Source: an uncultured cyanobacterium (lineage in GTDB: Bacteria; Cyanobacteriota; Cyanobacteriia; PCC-9006; JAAUQQ01). From it: DNA of 64,000 nucleotides. Numbering within the stretch: the first letter of the stretch is position 1; each line of letters begins with the position of its first letter. A program made the translations under genes and the position numbers. Positions 61,325 through 64,000 of this stretch are shown here, piece by piece. The DNA is taken from positions 5,216,001 to 5,280,000 of the forward strand of contig OY970368.1 of the NCBI GenBank assembly GCA_963718615.1, read 5' to 3'. The notes below the pieces were generated by a model. It made no database searches. It saw nothing but the letters and a program-made list of their open reading frames with translations, and was not told the origin of the DNA.

Positions 61325-64000
61325 ATGTCTTTCTCCGCTGCCAACGGTGCTCAGAATGCTTTTACCCCGCTGTCTGCTGCGTTTGCAATTGGGGCAGAAC
61401 TGGAGCCTCGCGATCGGAGCCTGAACGGCCTCGGGGGAAATGTCGATGAATTGCTGGGTCTGGCGGTACAACAGTCCTACAGCGCATTGGTGGCGTTTGC
61501 GCAGCGCCAGGATTTTGAGCAGCAGATGCAAGTTGCCTTTGGCGCGGCATATGACCGGGAACAGGCGGGGCAATTTTTCGCAACCTTGGACAAAGTGGGT
61601 TTAGAGGCTTTGCCCCGGTTGGAGGTGCTGGAGGACGAGATTCTCCAGGGGGCCTTGGGAGTCTATGCAAAGGATGTGGATACGGTCTATGTATCGCGGG
61701 ATTTTGTTGAGTCAGCAAGTATTGATCAGTTGACGGGGGTTTTGTTAGAAGAGTTTGGCCATGGGATTGATGCGCGGATTAACCAAAGCGATGCGGCGGG
61801 GGATGAGGGAGATATTTTCTCGCGGTTGGTGTTGGGGAAAGGGATTGCTGAAGGGGAGTTGCGATCGATCAAGGCCGAAGACGACTCCAGCCAGATCACG
61901 GTGAATGGCAAACTGCTGGCTGTGGAGCAGGCTCAGCAGGATTTTGATGGGGATGGCAAGGCAGACCTGTTTTGGCGTAATGAAAAGACCGGGGCAAATA
62001 AGATTGCCTTTAGCTATGGCACGAATGCAGAAACTGAGACAAACATCTTGGCTCTGAGTGACACGCAGTGGAAAGTTGCTGGAACGGGCGATTTTGATGG
62101 CGATGGGAAAAGTGATATTCTCTGGCGTCACTATGGCAGGGGTGAAAACCAAATTTGGTTTATGAATGGCTCGGTGCGCAAGGCTGAGCAGAAGTTGATG
62201 AGTATTGGGGATGTGAATTGGGCGATCGCCGGAACCAATGATTTTAATGGAGATAATAAGACGGATATTGTCTGGAGAAATGAGCAGACTGGGCAAAATT
62301 TGGTTTGGTATATGAATGGGGCTGTGCCTCAGAAGGCTGAGAATTTGCAGGCAGTGACGGGGAAGGGGTGGGCGATCGCCGCCACCGCCGACTTCAACAA
62401 TGACAATCAAACTGATATTCTTTGGCGTCACCAAGAGTCAGATCAAAATGTGTTGTGGCTAATGAATGGCAAGGAATGTACAGAGACAAAATTACTGCCC
62501 CAGCTCGGAAAAAGTACGCTGCGGATTGAGGGAACAAGTGATTTTAATCAGGATGGTCAGATGGATCTCCTGGTGCGTGATGATAGTACAGGACAGCAGA
62601 CTACTTGGCTAATGAATGGGGGGAGTACAGAAGTTTCCAGCAAGATTACGATTGGCACGGCTGCTGGTCAAGGCTGGTCATCTTTAATGCAGTCTCACAA
62701 TATCAAGGCTGGCAATTCTGATACAGTGCAGATTAAGAATGGATTTCAAATTGAAATTGACTATAGTTTTGATACAAAAGGATGGTTTACAGCGGAACGC
62801 AAAAAAACCTTAGAGGATGCGGCAAAAATCTGGTCTTCTATTATTCAGGATGAATTTGAAAACACACCGGTTGGGTATAAAATCTGGGTACAAAATCCTG
62901 AAACAGGAATAGCTCAGGATGTCATTGTCGATCGTCCTATTGATGACATCAGAATTTATGTTGGAGCGAGACAACTAGGAGACTCTGTTCTAGGGCGTGG
63001 AGGTGCAGCAGGCTACCAAGAAACACGCTATACCGGAAATGACTTTGAGCCTCGTAGCGGAATGGTTGTTTTTGATGAGGATTCAAATTGGTTCTTTGAA
63101 AGTAACTGGAAAACAAATAATGTTGTTCCCGTAGGAAAATCAGATTTCTTGTCTGTTGCGCTTCATGAGATAGCACATGCTTTAGGCTTTAGCCAGGGAA
63201 CAGATGCCTTTGAACGCTTGACTCAAAATGGCTATTTCATTGGTGAAAATGCAAAACGAGAGAACAATGGACAATCGGTTGCTCTATCAGGTGACCTAAG
63301 CCATATTGAACCTTCAGGAGGAGCTGTAATTGGTGTAGTTGAGGAGTTGATGGATCCATCAACTATGTCTGGCACAAGAAGTTTGCCCTCTCGTTTGGAT
63401 GCTGCAATCCTAGATGATATTGGCTATGAAATTGACTACAATGCGATCTCTGCTCTAATTAATCCGATCCAACCGAAGATCACGATTACTTCTCCAAATG
63501 GGGGAAATCAGCTTACTGCTGGTTCCACATACTCAATCACATGGGCTGACAACCTTGGCGAGAATGTCAGCATCGGTCTTTACAAAGGTGCTACCAAAGT
63601 ACAAACACTATTTACCTCTACCGCCAGTGACGGTAGCGAATCCTGGATTGTGCCCAGCAATCTAGTGGCGGGAAATGATTACAAGCTAAGAATTTCCAAC
63701 GTCAATAATAGTCAGATTTTTGATGAAAGTGACAGTTTCTTTAGTATCACAGCTTCTCCAAAGCCAGATTTGGTTGTACAGAATCCCTCGGCACTCTCTT
63801 CGGTCACAGTCGGTGACTCAATCACAATAGGCGCTTCTACTCAGAATATTGGCAACACGATTGCAGGCACTAGTACAATCCGTTACTGGCTATCCAATGA
63901 TACTTTGCTATCGAGTGATGACATTTCATTAGGTAGCGACCCTGTCGGGGGACTTGGAATTAACGGAAGTGAAGCAGATACCCATACCTTTACTTATAGC
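61325..64000 (+). CDS. Large secreted/surface protein, partial: LEEFGH domain, FG-GAP repeats, HExxH metalloprotease, Ig/CARDB-like domains
   Basis: Frame from ATG 61325 appears open to the window end (missing from the ORF track); LLEEFGHGID...GDEG, DFDGDGKSDILWR repeats, VALHEIAHALGF, ITITSPNGG, PDLVV. Confidence 0.88.
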   Translation, partial: MSFSAANGAQNAFTPLSAAFAIGAELEPRDRSLNGLGGNVDELLGLAVQQSYSALVAFAQRQDFEQQMQVAFGAAYDREQAGQFFATLDKVGLEALPRLEVLEDEILQGALGVYAKDVDTVYVSRDFVESASIDQLTGVLLEEFGHGIDARINQSDAAGDEGDIFSRLVLGKGIAEGELRSIKAEDDSSQITVNGKLLAVEQAQQDFDGDGKADLFWRNEKTGANKIAFSYGTNAETETNILALSDTQWKVAGTGDFDGDGKSDILWRHYGRGENQIWFMNGSVRKAEQKLMSIGDVNWAIAGTNDFNGDNKTDIVWRNEQTGQNLVWYMNGAVPQKAENLQAVTGKGWAIAATADFNNDNQTDILWRHQESDQNVLWLMNGKECTETKLLPQLGKSTLRIEGTSDFNQDGQMDLLVRDDSTGQQTTWLMNGGSTEVSSKITIGTAAGQGWSSLMQSHNIKAGNSDTVQIKNGFQIEIDYSFDTKGWFTAERKKTLEDAAKIWSSIIQDEFENTPVGYKIWVQNPETGIAQDVIVDRPIDDIRIYVGARQLGDSVLGRGGAAGYQETRYTGNDFEPRSGMVVFDEDSNWFFESNWKTNNVVPVGKSDFLSVALHEIAHALGFSQGTDAFERLTQNGYFIGENAKRENNGQSVALSGDLSHIEPSGGAVIGVVEELMDPSTMSGTRSLPSRLDAAILDDIGYEIDYNAISALINPIQPKITITSPNGGNQLTAGSTYSITWADNLGENVSIGLYKGATKVQTLFTSTASDGSESWIVPSNLVAGNDYKLRISNVNNSQIFDESDSFFSITASPKPDLVVQNPSALSSVTVGDSITIGASTQNIGNTIAGTSTIRYWLSNDTLLSSDDISLGSDPVGGLGINGSEADTHTFTYS

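Noticed and set aside
60971-62434. Minus-strand ORFs of 200 and 229 aa
   Set aside because: Largely antisense shadows of the long + strand gene
1-64000. tRNA, rRNA or known cyanobacterial sRNA genes
   Set aside because: None recognised by eye; covariance-model searches would be needed

Overview
Cyanobacterial chromosomal window (dense HIP1 GCGATCGC). 1-8420 is the leader-proximal part of a long CRISPR array (about 78 repeats visible, transcribed on the minus strand), split by an IS21 element inserted at a spacer/repeat junction. 8.6-18.6 kb is a type III-B variant cas locus (cmr2/cas10, cmr3, cmr4, cmr5, cmr6-cmr1 fusion, Csm6-like CARF-HEPN effector, Uma2 remnant, cas1, cas2, divergent WYL regulator; no cas6). 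Cas10 has no HD domain but keeps GGDD, and Cmr4 lacks the canonical catalytic Asp, suggesting a signalling-only complex. The rest holds housekeeping and accessory genes, a desaturase plus methyltransferase pair, a cluster of three Crp/Fnr genes hit by an ISAzo13 element and a second IS21 copy, dnaN with a probable oriC, a glgE-treS/mak-GH13-glgX alpha-glucan cluster and a large surface metalloprotease running off the end. Other signals: two pairs of overlapping spacers, an IS-derived chimeric guide, and a G-rich to C-rich skew switch centred on HIP1 sites. All calls come from reading by eye; no searches were run.
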